From: Azolla caroliniana
Lineage: Eukaryota; Plantae; Polypodiophyta
Direction of reading: 5' to 3'
DNA: 64,000 nt
Assembly (NCBI GenBank): GCA_043228905.1
Contig: JBHGNT010000008.1
Location: 2,170,001-2,234,000 of the forward strand
Below the pieces are notes generated by a model. It did not search any database and had not been told where the DNA came from. It worked only from the letters and a program-made list of their open reading frames with translations. Both the position numbers and the translations under genes were made by a program. How positions within the stretch are numbered: the first letter of the stretch is position 1; each line of letters opens with the position of its first letter. This document shows, piece after piece, positions 39,294-57,873 of the stretch.

Positions 39294-42200
39294 TGCCCCT
39301 ATCATGTGCATTAGTTTCATGGGCATATAATGCCCATGGGGGCGGACGGTGAGGAGGGTTGTGCTCATACTTGGCCTGCCGTGGTGGCGCTTTCTGGCTA
39401 ATTATATTATGGATCTGTGGTTTCATGTCGATTACCTGCCCATACCGATCAGTGGGTGGTTTGGTACTGCCTGGCTTGCTGGTAGAGGAATAAGAACCAG
39501 ACCTCGGCGGTACTTGACCATGACCATACAATTCATCAATAAAATCATCCTCAGGCTTGGAAGGACGGGTTCTTATGGGTTGACGATGATATTCATCCTG
39601 GTGGTGGTAGGACATTCGGTTATCGGCATTAGACGCTAGCGGTTTGATTCGGCTGCTCGGTTTTACATCCGCCCGTCCATAATGCTCACCAGTTAGTATA
39701 CCACTATCTCTAGTGCCATGTATGTTCTTCTGGGATTTTACATAATTCCCTGCCCCAGCTAAATGCCATTGTTCTTCCTCATCACTGTTAAGATCACTGT
39801 AGGTATGATCATATTTGGGCGGTTTCACACCATCATGCCTAGCAGCAGGAAGGTCATTTTTCCTTTGGGTATATAAAGGATGCTTATGCACGTCCTCGTC
39901 TTCCTCGACGTCATATGATTGCTCACTAGCATCACTATTATAATCATCAAATTTGGGCAAATCTTTATGCCCCTGATCTGGTATACTGGTAGGAACTTCT
40001 TTTACCTCTCTGTAATTCTTGGCATTGTTAGCGTGTGGTTTTACTGAAGGTTTATAGGGAATCTGATCTTCTTCCTCTGCTTCCGATAATTCCGAAGGTA
40101 TGAACTCTTGGCCCGAATAATCATCCTCAAATTTTGGCAAATTTTGGGAATTATTGTCATACACTACATGCTTCACCTCTTCATGATGGTAAACATCTTC
40201 ATCTTGCACAGCCTTTCTATTATTACCACTCTTTTCTCGGTGATCATGACGGGAGCTATTCTCTCTTTCTTGCGATACACGATCCTTATGATTACTACGG
40301 GCAGGTATGTCTGGCACAGTTTTGGCCTTAGGTGTGGCCATTGTATCTTTATGCTTTCTGGGCAGCATATTTACAAACGGCCGTGACTCGTGGCCCATTT
40401 CTTCGGATTCTCTGTTGAAAACATCATTGTTTGGCCGGAGTGAACCACCTTTAGCCTTCCTGGGACTTGCCCTTACCACTGCGGCTTCTGCCGCTATGGC
40501 TGCCTCTTCCGCCTCCATAGCCGATCGAAAAGCCTCTTCAGCCGCTGCTTTTAGTTGACCCTCTAACATCTTCCTTTCTTGTGATTTCAATCTAGCAGTT
40601 CGACTCGATGGTTTTCTATCCATCATCTCGTTGTCAGCATCAGTTCTGTTGTATCTTTGGGATGATGTATTGTGGTGATCTTCTCTCATGTGGGGGGCAT
40701 TAGTACTGCCTTGGCTCTTGTAATATTCATCTTTGTCTTTAATACCAATTGTTTCCTTTTGTTCCATGTTTATACCCTTGGCTGGCAGCCTGGAAACATT
40801 GTGATGCTCTCCTGCTACCGTCGATTCTATTTCATGGTCAAACATCTTAATTTGATTTGGAGCCGATTGTGCCATATCTTCACTTGTAATGGATGACCTT
40901 CTTGATGCCGGTTTTGTTGATCTTGAAGATGGGTTCTCAATCTCTTGCTGCGACTGAATTGTGTGTGATGTGCTGCTACTGACACTTGATGGATTCTTCG
41001 AAGGTATTACTTTAGATCCTATCCTCCGGCCGCTAGAGTCAATGACATTGATCTCTTGATCATTTTTTGTCGGCTCTGATCTACTAGAAACTGGCAATGA
41101 CACTGATTGCATTGAATTCGATGATGATGCTTTATTATATTTTGGGCTCGAAGATTGCACATCAAGCCTTGGTGATGGTTTTGTTGAAGGCATGTTCGAT
41201 ACCTTGATCTGGGGAGTACTCTGATCTTGCTCCTTGATTCCATCACTCGTAGATTTTACTTGGGTAGTAATAGTAGGATTATTCTTTCCTCTATCTACTG
41301 CTAATTGGTCGTCTGCATTATTTGAACTTGGAGTAGGAGTAGGAGAGTCCTTGGACTGATGCTTCTAACACATCAAAGAGAGTATTTAGAAAAAATAAAT
41401 GAGCTAAGAAATAGCAATGTTATACAAGCATTATTAATGCAGAACCACATTAAGGTTACTGGTTTCAAACCACAATTGAATTCATGGCTATGATCTAGAT
41501 CATATTGTACATGAACTCCTGTATCTGATTTATTATCAATGGCTGAGAGCACACCTCTTTCCTTCCACATGAGAATGTTTCTAGTTAATTAATAACGTTT
41601 GTTAGGCTAATTATTTGCAATCAGGAGAGTAGAGTACTAGAACAAGATGAGTATATGCAAATTAATCAAACGATCACAGTTTAAATGCTAGTTACATACC
41701 GACAAATTACTTGGTGTCTTGCTTTTGGCATTAGCTTGCATCATTAAGGCAGAGTTCCAAGTGATATGATGTTCTGCGGCAATCGCTTTCAATAAATTTA
41801 TCTTCGTCTCTTGACTCGGTGACTGGGTCGAAAGACTTGTGATGATCTGCATTATATGTGTGTGTGTGTAATTATAAAGAGCTTGTTAGAAACTCAAAAA
41901 AAATTCTTTAAGAATCAAACCAAAACAAAGATGAGCTAAACTAAAAAATCATGAGTTCCACAGACAGATAGGTAGATAGAAAAGTCTAGAATAGAAAATT
42001 GTATTGTCCATAGTAAGGCCAAATTTGACCTCTGGGACTAAATCAACATATCATCTTGTATGTGATTCCTTCCCAAGAAAGGGGGCTACTACTCTGTAGT
42101 ACAAAAATCTCAATGTAAAAAATCTCCCTATTAGATAGATCACCTTTCGATCCACAAGATTGGGCTGGTTCTCGATATTGACTGCCTTGCTACAAAACTC

Positions 42201-44034
42201 ATCACCATATGTCGATCTCAAGAAGGTTCGGATCTCTTGCAACTCCGGGAGATCCCCGCATCTTGGGGCAGCATAGAGTATCGTTGCAATCACTCCTTTC
42301 AAGTCAGTGGGACATTCTCTATTAAGTATCAATATGATCACAATTGCGTTAATAATGATTAATATTACTGTCACAGGCCGCACCAAGACGAAAAAGAAAT
42401 AATCATTAAACTAAATGATCGATTAAAACCTAGACATGATCATACATGCATAATTATATAAGCCTTTGCACTAATTAGTAGAATGAGACTACTAACTAAT
42501 GAATGCAGCCGAAGCTAGTGAAGATGAAATGTAGGGATGATCACTCACTTTTGAGACTTTAGTTTGTCCACACGAAATACGAACAACTGACAATATTCAT
42601 CGAGCAATTCATATGTAGCCACCATGTTCTCCTCCTTGAAGACATGTTCTACCTGCTCCCATGGTTGAATATATGACTATATGTTTCCATTGATAATTAA
42701 CAAAGACATTACGTTTATAAAATTTTGGCAATCACAAAACCCATTCTCAAATCATCTGAACTAGAAATAGATTATTTACATCATGTATTTAAGTGTTTCT
42801 CCGACCATCTCATTGGAAACAAAATTTTGATCTACTTTGGGTGTCATGATCTGAAGGGATTCAGAGTAGTAATGACTTAATCATGCAACCATATCAGGAA
42901 AAAATTAGGTCTAATGAAGATTCCGTCTCAGTGGAAACTAATCTACTAGTATCAAAGTACTTGCCTCAACTTGCTGATACAACTTTGATCTAACGAAGCC
43001 ATCATCGAGAACACAACCTGAGCTAATGATGCTTGTCTAATTTAATTTAATTCTTTATCACATCACACCTACTCTCCCATCATCAAAGAAAATTGGATCT
43101 GATGAACTTAGCTAGTTATCTCACCTCATTAAATAGACAAAGACAACTAATTCGTTGGATTTATGAAAGTGTTAATATATCAAGAATCACATTAAGCTAT
43201 TATGTCAAACGATTACTTAATTACCACTACTTCAACATACATGTATATAAATGAATTAGAAGTACTAATACCCGTGCAGCAGCTTTGTCATACTGGCCTT
43301 TTGATAGCAGTTGGGCTGCATCATTGCGGAATTGTTTGGCCAATGTAGACTTCTTGTTCTTGCATATCTTGATGCGTTCAAGTGTCGTCGTCACCAGGGC
43401 TTCTCTGTCAGATTAACTCATAATTAGAGACTCTTTAAAAGATAAGACGCCAATGATTAGAATCTCTATATGTACTTAGGAAAGAAAATTTCAGGATAAT
43501 TCAATTGATTTCTTATCTTACAAGGGAAGATTTGATATCAGCATTTAGGGTTTCTTTGCCATAATTAAAAATTATAAAATTACCACCAGTATCTAGGAAT
43601 TCTTAGCTAGTTACTTGGAGATAAAAATTAAAACAGATTAGGGTTTTTCTCTTAGAATAGAAGATCTATTTTTTGCCATTAAACTTAATATCCATCAAAC
43701 TGAATAGCGAAGATGAATGCCAATTAAGGCTTATCCGAGATATGGTCAATATTTAGGGTTTCTCATAGATGTGATCGATGTTAAGGATTTCTCTTCCATT
43801 GGGACTATAATCAGGGTTTGCCATCCATTATGACGATAATTAGGGGGGTCTATCTCCAATCAAATAGAGAGATAATAAATCGCTTAAAATCCATAAGTAA
43901 AAAAATAAGGATTAGGGCATGGATGGGGGACTGAATAGAGAAATTTAGGAAGAAGTGTTTGAAAGAGAGAGAGAGACATAGACAGAGACAGAGACAGAGA
44001 GAGAGGCTTACGGTTTCTTTCTGAAGAAGCTCAT
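38491..44034 (-). CDS. IST1-like (regulator of Vps4/ESCRT-III) protein with a ~950-aa disordered C-terminus; exons 44012-44034, 43272-43404, 42549-42652, 42144-42318, 41700-41846, 38491-41364
   Basis: Ist1 domain: ERIKICKNKK..QFRNDAAQLL..GQ..AAARVEHVFKEEN..YELLDEYC, ECPTDLK..ILYAAPRCGDLPELQEIR..YG, KINLLKAIAAEHHITW. GT-AG junctions are in frame. Confidence 0.88.
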
Positions 44035-44078
44035 GATGGCAGAATTTTCTTGATATTTCTCCTTTCTCCTCCTCCTCC

Positions 44079-44110
<32 letters not shown>

Positions 44111-44530
44111 CTTCTTCTTCTTCCTCCTCCTCCTCCTCCCCCTTATCTTAAACGTCCACACGCTTTGCTTTACCTCTTCTTCTGCCTTTCCTGCTTTTTG
44201 CGACCAGTGTTTTCTTTTTCTTTTTTGCGTCTCCGCGAGTGTATGATTAACCCTAATCAGCACCCAGAAGAATAATTAATGCTTCTGTTAGGGTATGTGC
44301 TGTATTTGGAGGGGGATCAATCGATGGATTAATCAGAAACGATAGTGGAACGGGAGGACATTACAAATTAGTCTACGGAGAGATGATTTCACCAGAGAAG
44401 AATATTGAGGTGAGTGCTCGGAGGGCTGATTAGTTGCTAATCCAATGAATCAGAAGCTATGGATTGTCAACGGAGGAGGAGAAGCTGAAGGTGAATGGGA
44501 ATGTATGAGGGAGAGAAGATAAGGAGAGAT

Positions 44531-44578
44531 TTAGGGCTAGGGTTAAGGTTAGGGTTAGGGTTAGGGTTAGGGTTAGGG
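44531..44578 (+). repeat. Interstitial (TTAGGG)n tract upstream of the IST1-like gene
   Basis: ttagggctagggttaagg followed by five perfect TTAGGG. Confidence 0.85.
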
Positions 44579-45394
44579 CGATGCAGGTGCAGATGGAGAT
44601 GGAGATGAGGTTAGAGTTAATTATCGAGCCGTAATTAGTTTTGATCTAGTCGTGATGAGATGGGTTTAGGGTTAATTTTAGGGCCTTAATTGCCCTTAAT
44701 TAAGCTCTAATTATGTATTTAAAGAAAGAGAGAGAAAACAGAGAGAGAGAGAGAGAAGACGAAGAGAAAATGAAAACACGGAAATCCTATTAAACGAATT
44801 TTAATTAATTAGTTTCTAAATTCTTTATTATTTACGAGAACTCAACTTTCAGCGGCTAAACTTAGTTTTCTCGATTTTCTTTTTATGTTAATTTCTTTTT
44901 CTTTTAATTTCCGGAATCAATCAATTAATTTAACTAGCCAATTCATTAATCATCTCCTAAGTCGATCCATTAATCCTAATCATTCCGTCATAATGCCATG
45001 AAAAGCCCTACTTCCGACTAATTAATTAAAGCTAATTATGTATTTGTAGGTTTATATATATACAATATATATCCATCATAATGCCATGAAAAGCCCTACT
45101 TCCAACTAATTAATTAAAGCTAATTATGTCCATATTTCTAGGTTTATATATATATATATATATATATCTTATATTATTTATATACATATATAGTAAAAAT
45201 GGGCCTAATCTGCAGATTTTGGCATTATCTTGTCCCATTTGAAGGTGGATGCATTTTTGTTTTTTGTTTTTTTTTACATTTTTGGCCTAAAGAGTTTTTG
45301 TCCGGTCCATTCGACACGGGCCATTCGGTCATCGGACATTGGTTTCAACACCTTCGGGCTGCCCTTTGGACACCCCACACTTCACATGCCACAT

Positions 45395-45830
45395 CCTGCT
45401 GCCCCTGCCCAAGTCATCGCCGATCAGGACATCAGTTCGAGCTGTCTTGCCCTGCCCACACATCCAAAAGTCTATCTATGTATGTAGTAATGTCCCTAAA
45501 GAAGAACACATGACCTGTTGCCCTGCAGGCTGCCACGGTCATCGGGACATCAATTTGAGCTAACCTTTGTACACCCTACTTCAGACTGCAATTCTCACTA
45601 GTGTCTTGCCCTGCCCACACATCCAAAAGTCTATTATCTATGTATGTAGTAATGTCCCTAAAGAAGAACACACGTCCTGCTGCCCTGCCCACGGTCATCG
45701 GGACATCAATTTGACCTAACCTTTGGACAACCCTACTTCAGACTGCAATTCTCACTAGTGTCTTGCCCTGCCCACACATCCAAAAGTCTATTATCTATGT
45801 ATGTAGTAATGTCCCTAAAGAAGAACACGC
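45395..45830. repeat. ~158-bp tandem repeat, about three copies
   Basis: tgtcttgccctgcccacacatccaaaagtcta at ~45443, ~45602 and ~45759. Confidence 0.88.
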
Positions 45831-48593
45831 GGACACACATTGTACATATGCCCAACCTGACCCGACTTGATCCCACCCAGACCATTCCCCAATCCACTTG
45901 ATTGTCTGATCATGTTACGTACAACTTCGGCTAGGTTCCCATCATCTCCTCTCATTAGCAGATTTCAATATATTCTCTATGATTCTGAGACAATTCTGTT
46001 TGTTCTATCCCAAGGGAAGAGGAGAGAACAAAACAAGACTTACCACGTCTCTCGATCTCCAATACTATCCCACACACATGATCGCCACGACAAGGAAAAT
46101 AATATAAAAACTGTGCAAAAAAGAAAAAGGAAGGCTCTCCTAAACTCCTCCATTTTGCACGATCCAACCTGTTCCGTGTTACTATGAAAGAATTGTTTTT
46201 ATTTTTCCTCCTTTCTTGCTCCATATCAACTGTTTTGTGAAGGTTGCTCGGTTACCGTGTTTGACTTTCCATCAATGTTTTTGTTAATGGCACTTTAATA
46301 AGCCGGATGTCTTCTTCTTCTTCTTCTTGTGTTGCTACATTTATTCATATTTCACGCTAACGAACAGATCACATAATTTTCTTGCATGCCAAGCCGTGTA
46401 CATTTTTTTCAACCTTTTAACATGGCATGAATAAAGTGATCTAGTTGTCAAGTTGGACGTTGACTAAGGAGGCTATCCATGATGACAAGAAAAATCGATA
46501 CAAGTAGGAGGTGGAAAGATGTGAGTTGGTAAGGTGTCACTAATAGTTGCTCACTCAATGTGTGGTTTTGACTTGTCGAGCCTATCCAGTATACAATAAT
46601 TATCGACACACTATTATTACACACACACATCGTGTGATGTTGGTTGTCATCCTGTTTAGAAATAAATTTCCATATAAAACATCCTATGATTGTAATGTTT
46701 GTGTTTTTTCCTATCTATACATACTCATTAAAAAGTCATACAAAACCTACTTCTAGATATATTGAAGAGTTTCTTGAGTAATCGCTTCTAAAGAAGACCT
46801 TCTAGGCTAAACAAATTGACTGACATTAATGAATTGATGTTGAGTTTTGGTGGTCTCTACCACGAGATAGTATAATTTTCATCGTAGGATGCCCCATGTG
46901 AAGTATTCAACTAATGTAAGCCTTCAAACAATAACAAATTTCTTCACACTTGTATTTTATACTAGAGATGTGGATTACGAGGTACACTTTAGGATCATTG
47001 GTAGTTAGAAGGTGGAGGTGATAATGTTGTGGGGTATCCCAAAGATGTACACTTTAGAGTTCAATGTGACATCCCATCCTTCATTAATCTAGTGACAATT
47101 TTGGCCCTACATAAAATGGTAGAATCGCATGGAACCTAAATAAGGTGAATCCTCGTGTCCTCTTACACAAAACAACATATTCACATTTTACAAAAGAATT
47201 CTACATAATTATTTGATTTGTAACTAGTTTTCAAAATATTTATGAGGTGCAAGAAAGCTAGCCCCATGTAATAAGAAAGAGAATAGCTATATTAAAATAC
47301 ATTTTATTTGGAATGTTGGGGATATGGCCTAGAATCAAATATTAGTTTGTGAACATAACCAACTCCTTTCACATTCTACTATATTGTTTCGGGCACGTAA
47401 TTTTTTTCAAACCAAACAATGCTTCTAATGAAAGGGAATGATTTGACATGGTACTTTATCATAGAACCCATTCTTTGAACAAATGAAGAAACATCTCCGT
47501 TTTAGGGAATTTATTGTACTGCTAAGATTCTTGGTCTATTATCAATAAGCTTGCATAATAATGTGTGGTGTTCTGATATTCAGGATTTAGTCAATATGTT
47601 TTATAAAATGGATGTGAAATGAACAATACATGAAAACATTAGAAAGTCAAGATTTTTTATTTTGTGGACCTCAATGTAATCCATATTATTTTAATGTGTT
47701 CAAACAATGACATGTTCAAGCCTTTCTTCCCCTAAAATATATCATGAAGTGCATACCTTCACACCGCACCCATTTGTTAGATCTGTCTCATTCTTAATAC
47801 TACATTACCCGAATTCAAGAATGGGCACTTTCGAAACTCAAAAAGTAAGCTATGTTCTATCGAAATATAACATGCATGGTTCCAACTTCCAACTATAAGT
47901 TCCTAATAACATGGAAATACAGATTAAATACAAAGGACAAGCTTATAAAGAACATATATAAATAGGTGCTGCAATTGGAAAATTAAGAAAGAGTTTAACT
48001 AATTATAATATGTATGTATTTGCTTCCATCGAATTGCCTAGTAAGCATGTACCAATTGGCATATTTACAAGCTTGTTTATCCCCCATCTTTCATAAAAGA
48101 GAATTATAAAAATGTCCCCTTTAGGGTTAGGAAATCACTAATATATAGTAGAAAACCCAAAAGTACTCTTCTACCCGTTATCTTCAAACTTAGATATACA
48201 CGAGATACCCCTAAGATAGGAATTCACGACATGCTAAAAAACCTCCACGAGGATTTACTCTTAGATCCCAAACTATCTCAGAAACCTAGACCTTTTGTGT
48301 GTTGGACTAAGTCCAAGTCCATTCACTCTTTTTTGGTCAAAACTAAATATAAAAGGTCATCCCCAAAATCTCTTACTTAACACTACACATTTACTTACTT
48401 ATAACCCCCCACTTATGCATAACACACCCCCACTTATTACTTAGCATACACATACTTATAACCCTCCACTCTTCTTAGCCCACCACCACTTACTTTGTAT
48501 CATTCAACTGCCTACCATTACCCCCTTCTTCTCTCTCCCATCACTAACTCTTATTTCTCCTCTCTCCCTCTCCCTCTCCCACCTCCCCCACCT

Positions 48594-48601
48594 TATATAA
48601 A
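48594..48601 (+). promoter_or_regulatory. TATA box of the solo LTR
   Basis: TATATAAA after a C-rich U3-like region, 20 nt upstream of the ribozyme motif. Confidence 0.6.
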
Positions 48602-48620
48602 GCTACACCCATCTTGTAAT

Positions 48621-48677
48621 AGACCTTTGCACTGATGAGCTTATTCTTGAGCGAAACTAGTTTGCTGCATAAGGTCT
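48621..48677 (+). ncRNA. Type I hammerhead ribozyme motif with palindromic (dimer-type) stem III
   Basis: AGACCTT-T-GCA / CTGATGA / GCTTA-TTCT-TGAGC / GAAA / CTAG-T-T / TGC-TGCAT-AAGGTCT. Both catalytic boxes are present, with a 5-bp stem II closed by G-C, a bipartite stem I (3+7 bp), palindrome ACTAGT and a GUU cleavage triplet. Confidence 0.8.
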
Positions 48678-49900
48678 TTCTTTTCATTCTAATGATATTT
48701 TCTTGAGTCTCTCTCTCTCTCTCTCCTTTTGGTACTCACAATCTATTTTCTTCCTATTAGATTATCTACCATATTACTACGTCGCTCGCACTCCTTGTAA
48801 CGACCCAACGGTTGACAATAAATGCTAGCTTTGGCTTGAGGGTTCAAGGGTTTAATTTGACTTTATACCAACTTAACAAATTGTAGTATAACGAACTTCA
48901 AACTATGATTTAAACGGCTTAACAATTAAGGGTTCAATCATTTTTTATATTTTTTATTATTTAGCATGAATTAACATCTGAGATCCCATATTTTCTTCTT
49001 TGTTCAATTTATAAGAGACTCTGCTTTGTTAAAGAATTTGCAAAAGTTGACACAAAATATTGGTTTGCACCCAAACCACAAAACCATAGGTCAACATCTT
49101 ATCAAATTGCAAATCTCTTGAACTATATGGTTTGACTTTGGTTTGGTTTAAACAGTTATGCAATTGGGTCAATTTAGATTTCAATTTTTTTAAAGAGTTT
49201 GGTTTGACATGGTTTGAGTTTGAGACTCCCAAACTATACCATTGCTGATTACTATTTGTTTTGCTAGTTTTGCTTCTGATTTGTTTTCTAATTAGTTAAT
49301 TACTAAATTGATCACATGTTCTGCGTTGCTTATGTGTTTTCTTGAAGCGCTACATGCTTAATGCTAATTTCAATGCAATTGGGAGCCAACACCCTAACCA
49401 AGCATATACCCTGACACAAAGAAAGGGGTGTAATATTGATGTACTCATATATTAGGATGTTCTTCCATGGATATCCACAGAAGATTAGCATGGCCTCTAT
49501 TTGAGCATGACATACATAAATTGAGAAACAGAAGTTCATGTCTATGGTGATGCATATGCAAATTGGGAGCGCATCAGGTTGCGAATGGAACGCATTGAAA
49601 TCCATGCATTGAATTGAGTTTTGCCATAAAATTGTACACCATTATATCAATAAAGTCATTCTTTTCAATATCATGGAACATAAGCTTGGTTGTATAGGAC
49701 ATTACTCGTTCCATACATCAAGAGGCCAGAACAGAAGGAAGAATGTTCTCAAGCATTCCATTACAAATCATATGTACAAAAGTAATTAAAGCAGAGAAAA
49801 GAGGAAGATCCAACTAACATACTAGCCAAACATTAATAGCAAGGAATGTCTTAGTAAATGATCTGAAAGTAATTGCCAAAGTGTGTTTAAACTGAACAGC

Positions 49901-54575
<4,675 letters not shown>

Positions 54576-57500
54576 CAGGAAAACAAAACCCTAACACTAA
54601 TTTCAAATATACCGAGAACCAGGAAATCAGCCCAAATTAGCAAGAGTTAGGATTGGTAGAGAGGTAGTACGGAAACCAGAATGTCATAAATTGATTGTAC
54701 AAAAATGTAGAACAAACACGAGGTCTCACAAGCACTAAGCTCCGGACATTACTGCCTGTACCAGTTGTAAGGGTCATGAACCAAGAATGTGCCGCGAATG
54801 GTCAATCACACCAACCATGTTTGATATTGGTTCAGGACTAGTAGTACCGACTCAAATAATAGGTCATTGTTTCAGTCCGAAGACACAAGATTATCCCCCA
54901 AACTATATATCACTAAGTTTATTTAGTTCTATCCTTAATAACGATCGAATTGCTACTATTGCATCTTGGTTCCGGAAATCAAGCCTTTGCAAGTGAAATA
55001 TGTACTTCCATTATGTTGCTTTCCTATGTACAAAATTAATCCACAAGCTATATGGAAGTGCATGTGACCATTTTTTCTTTCTTATCAACTCATGCTGTTC
55101 ACATGTAAGAAGGTGTTTGCGTGTTTTAGACCAATTTGTTAGCTTTACATTACCTTCAACACACCAATCGTATTATTTTTAGTAGAATCTATTATTGACA
55201 AATTGCTGGCTGTCAAGGATTGTTGAGATGGTGATGACGTATACCAACATAACAACCTGGTTACATAAGAGTAAAATGTGGATAATAAAGACAGGTAAAG
55301 GTACATTCATTCAAGGTATCTGGTTCTTTTATTTGAGTAGGATCAATAACTAGGTTGGCCAGGGCATTGTGCTTCAAAATTATGTGATTGAGGTTCTGAA
55401 CGCTACAGCAATTATGATGTAGACCATATCTCAAATCTTTCTGGTCAAACTAAAAATAGGGGTTTTTAATTATTTAATATTTGATTATGATGCTCAAAAC
55501 ACTTCTTTGTCGTTAAAGAGTTATAATTAAACATCAGACTTTTCTATTGCTTATACAAGGTATATTTTTTACACCAGGATTTGCAAGAAACTTGTCACAG
55601 CAAACGATCTATTAGCTGGAGTATAAAAAATACATGGAAAAAAAAACTCTTCAGAAAAAATGAATTCATAGGCTTCTACAACAGATGCATTCAATTGAAT
55701 ATACAAAGGTCCTACCAGGTAAGGGCAGCCACATCACTTAGTTTTATGAATAAATTAAATTACTAGGGAAGCCAGTAAAATCAAGGCTTCTTTACAGATT
55801 CTAGATTTTTTGCTCCGGAACTTTACTAGTGTTACACCCACTCATTTGATATGTACACCTTCCTGTAGACCCTATCACACTAGGACTAAATGCCTTTGGA
55901 GTGATAGGATTACTTGCATATAAGATCTATGCAACAAAAGTTATATTCATGAATCCTTCACTATCCACCTGCTGTTTCAGCAGCACACTGCCGTATCATC
56001 TCATTAACTGCACCCCGAGGACATGATTCCTGTTGTAGTTGTGCACGTCGTAAATGTTTTCATAAATCACTGGACAACAAAACAAGTTTTTGAACTCTTC
56101 TGTTGTAGCTCCGAAGATAAACTTACATGCATGAGCAAAGGTAACTTACATGCACCGAGGCACACTACATGGTGTGACTTTGCATAATCGAGCATGAGCT
56201 GTTGGAAAAAACCACATCATTTTACAGATAGAGCAGCCACCAACGACCCATTTGGTACATGAGAAACCATGTCTAAATAATTCTTTCATGTTTCAGCATT
56301 TCCAATGCTGACAGCTCATATCACGACACTTACATGCATGTGCAAGCACATCCAACATCATCCGTAGCTTCAAAAATTAAAGGAAAAGCAGTGTTAAACA
56401 AGTGCCCAAAACAACCAAGATTTAGTGCATTTTTACCTAGTTATTGAGAAAAAGCATCTTTTGGCATATATTTTAAGATGGATCTTTTTTTGAGCTAGAA
56501 GTGATAAGGCTTGGGAAAACAATTCTGCAATGGCCATGAGTTTTCTTTATTTCCCCAAATGCCGCTAAATTTTCATCATTTTCCTGCAAATCCCTCAGTA
56601 TACTCCCAAAAAGCAATTAATCTATATGTACTGTGAGCTTTTATATGGTCAATTCATTCCCGATCCCCCAGTGTCTTCATTATATATGCCATTTGAACAA
56701 TTACATGGGTCAATTCAACCACTTTTTCTTTCTTTCAAGGGTTGACAAAATAAAGAAAAAACTCAGGTGATTCTATTCAAATTTTAATCTCACTAAGGAC
56801 TTGTCTATGTAAAGTTTTGTTTCAGCTAATTACAAGCCTCCACCTTAAGTGAAAAAAACATGGAGAAGAAGCAATATACCTGAAGCATTCTCTGTTTTGC
56901 ATTTTCCTTGGTCTGATCAGCTATGATTGTTCGAGCTACAAACATATGAGGATGTCTTTGAGCCTCTTCACTTGAAAAGCAACCAGTGCAAATCTCATAA
57001 TCTAAACAAGTCTTGCATTTCCATCCCTGGCCAGCATCTAACTCAGAATTGCAGATGTTACATGATGATACAAAAGCAGGTGTACTCGGATTATGCAGAT
57101 GGTATAATATCATCAAGAAAGAATGCTTGGAAGTGTATCATATTGATACTGATTTCCTTGACAGAGACTTAGGAAAGCTTGACGGTTATCAAAAAATTCA
57201 CTTTCCATTATTTCATCTTTGTCCAAGGTCTCCACAGGTACATCCTGAACCTCCTCCTGACAGAAACAAATAGGCCATATCAGATTTACTTGAATGCAAA
57301 TTTATTTTCATTACTATTGGAATAATTATAATTTTGTTTTTTCTTAAATCATGTTTTACCACGATCAGTAAATGGCATTCCTTCTTGCTGCAAGGATGTC
57401 TGTCATCTTCACTAAGATTTTGGTATTCTTCATAGCCGCTGTCATAAATGCAGATTATCATGAATTAGACCTAATACTCAAGTCACAGAGCTGTAAATAA

Positions 57501-57631
57501 CACAAATGGAAAAAAACAGTAGTTTTCGAATTATTTACCAACTACACTGTTGAAAGTTATCCCCACACTGTTGGCAGAACCACCAATAACCAGAGGGAAT
57601 GAAATTATGGCAGCGTGAACAAGAATGATGA

Positions 57632-57873
57632 AGATGAACCATAATGAAATCCTCTTTCATTGCTGCAATAGATTGTTCCAGCTAAGTGTATAATCAGGAA
57701 ACATGACATTCAATCATTTACCAAAGGCATTAAAAGATTTTTATGTTTACGGAAGATGAACCATAATGAAATCCTCTTTCATTGCTGCAATAGATTGTCC
57801 CAGCTAAGTGTATAATCAGGAAACATGACATTCAATCATTTACCAAAGGCATTAAAAGATTTTTATGTTTACG
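57632..57873. repeat. 121-bp tandem duplication inside the HAC pseudogene
   Basis: aagatgaaccataatgaaatcctctttcattgc...ttttatgtttacgg occurs twice. Confidence 0.9.

Larger units (their letters stand above)
48113..48817 (+). mobile_element. Solo LTR (705 bp) carrying a hammerhead ribozyme motif
   Basis: TGTC...GACA inverted termini; flanks aaaaa/ataaa (4 of 5 match, possible TSD); internal TATA box at 48594; no PBS or coding sequence adjacent. Confidence 0.7.
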
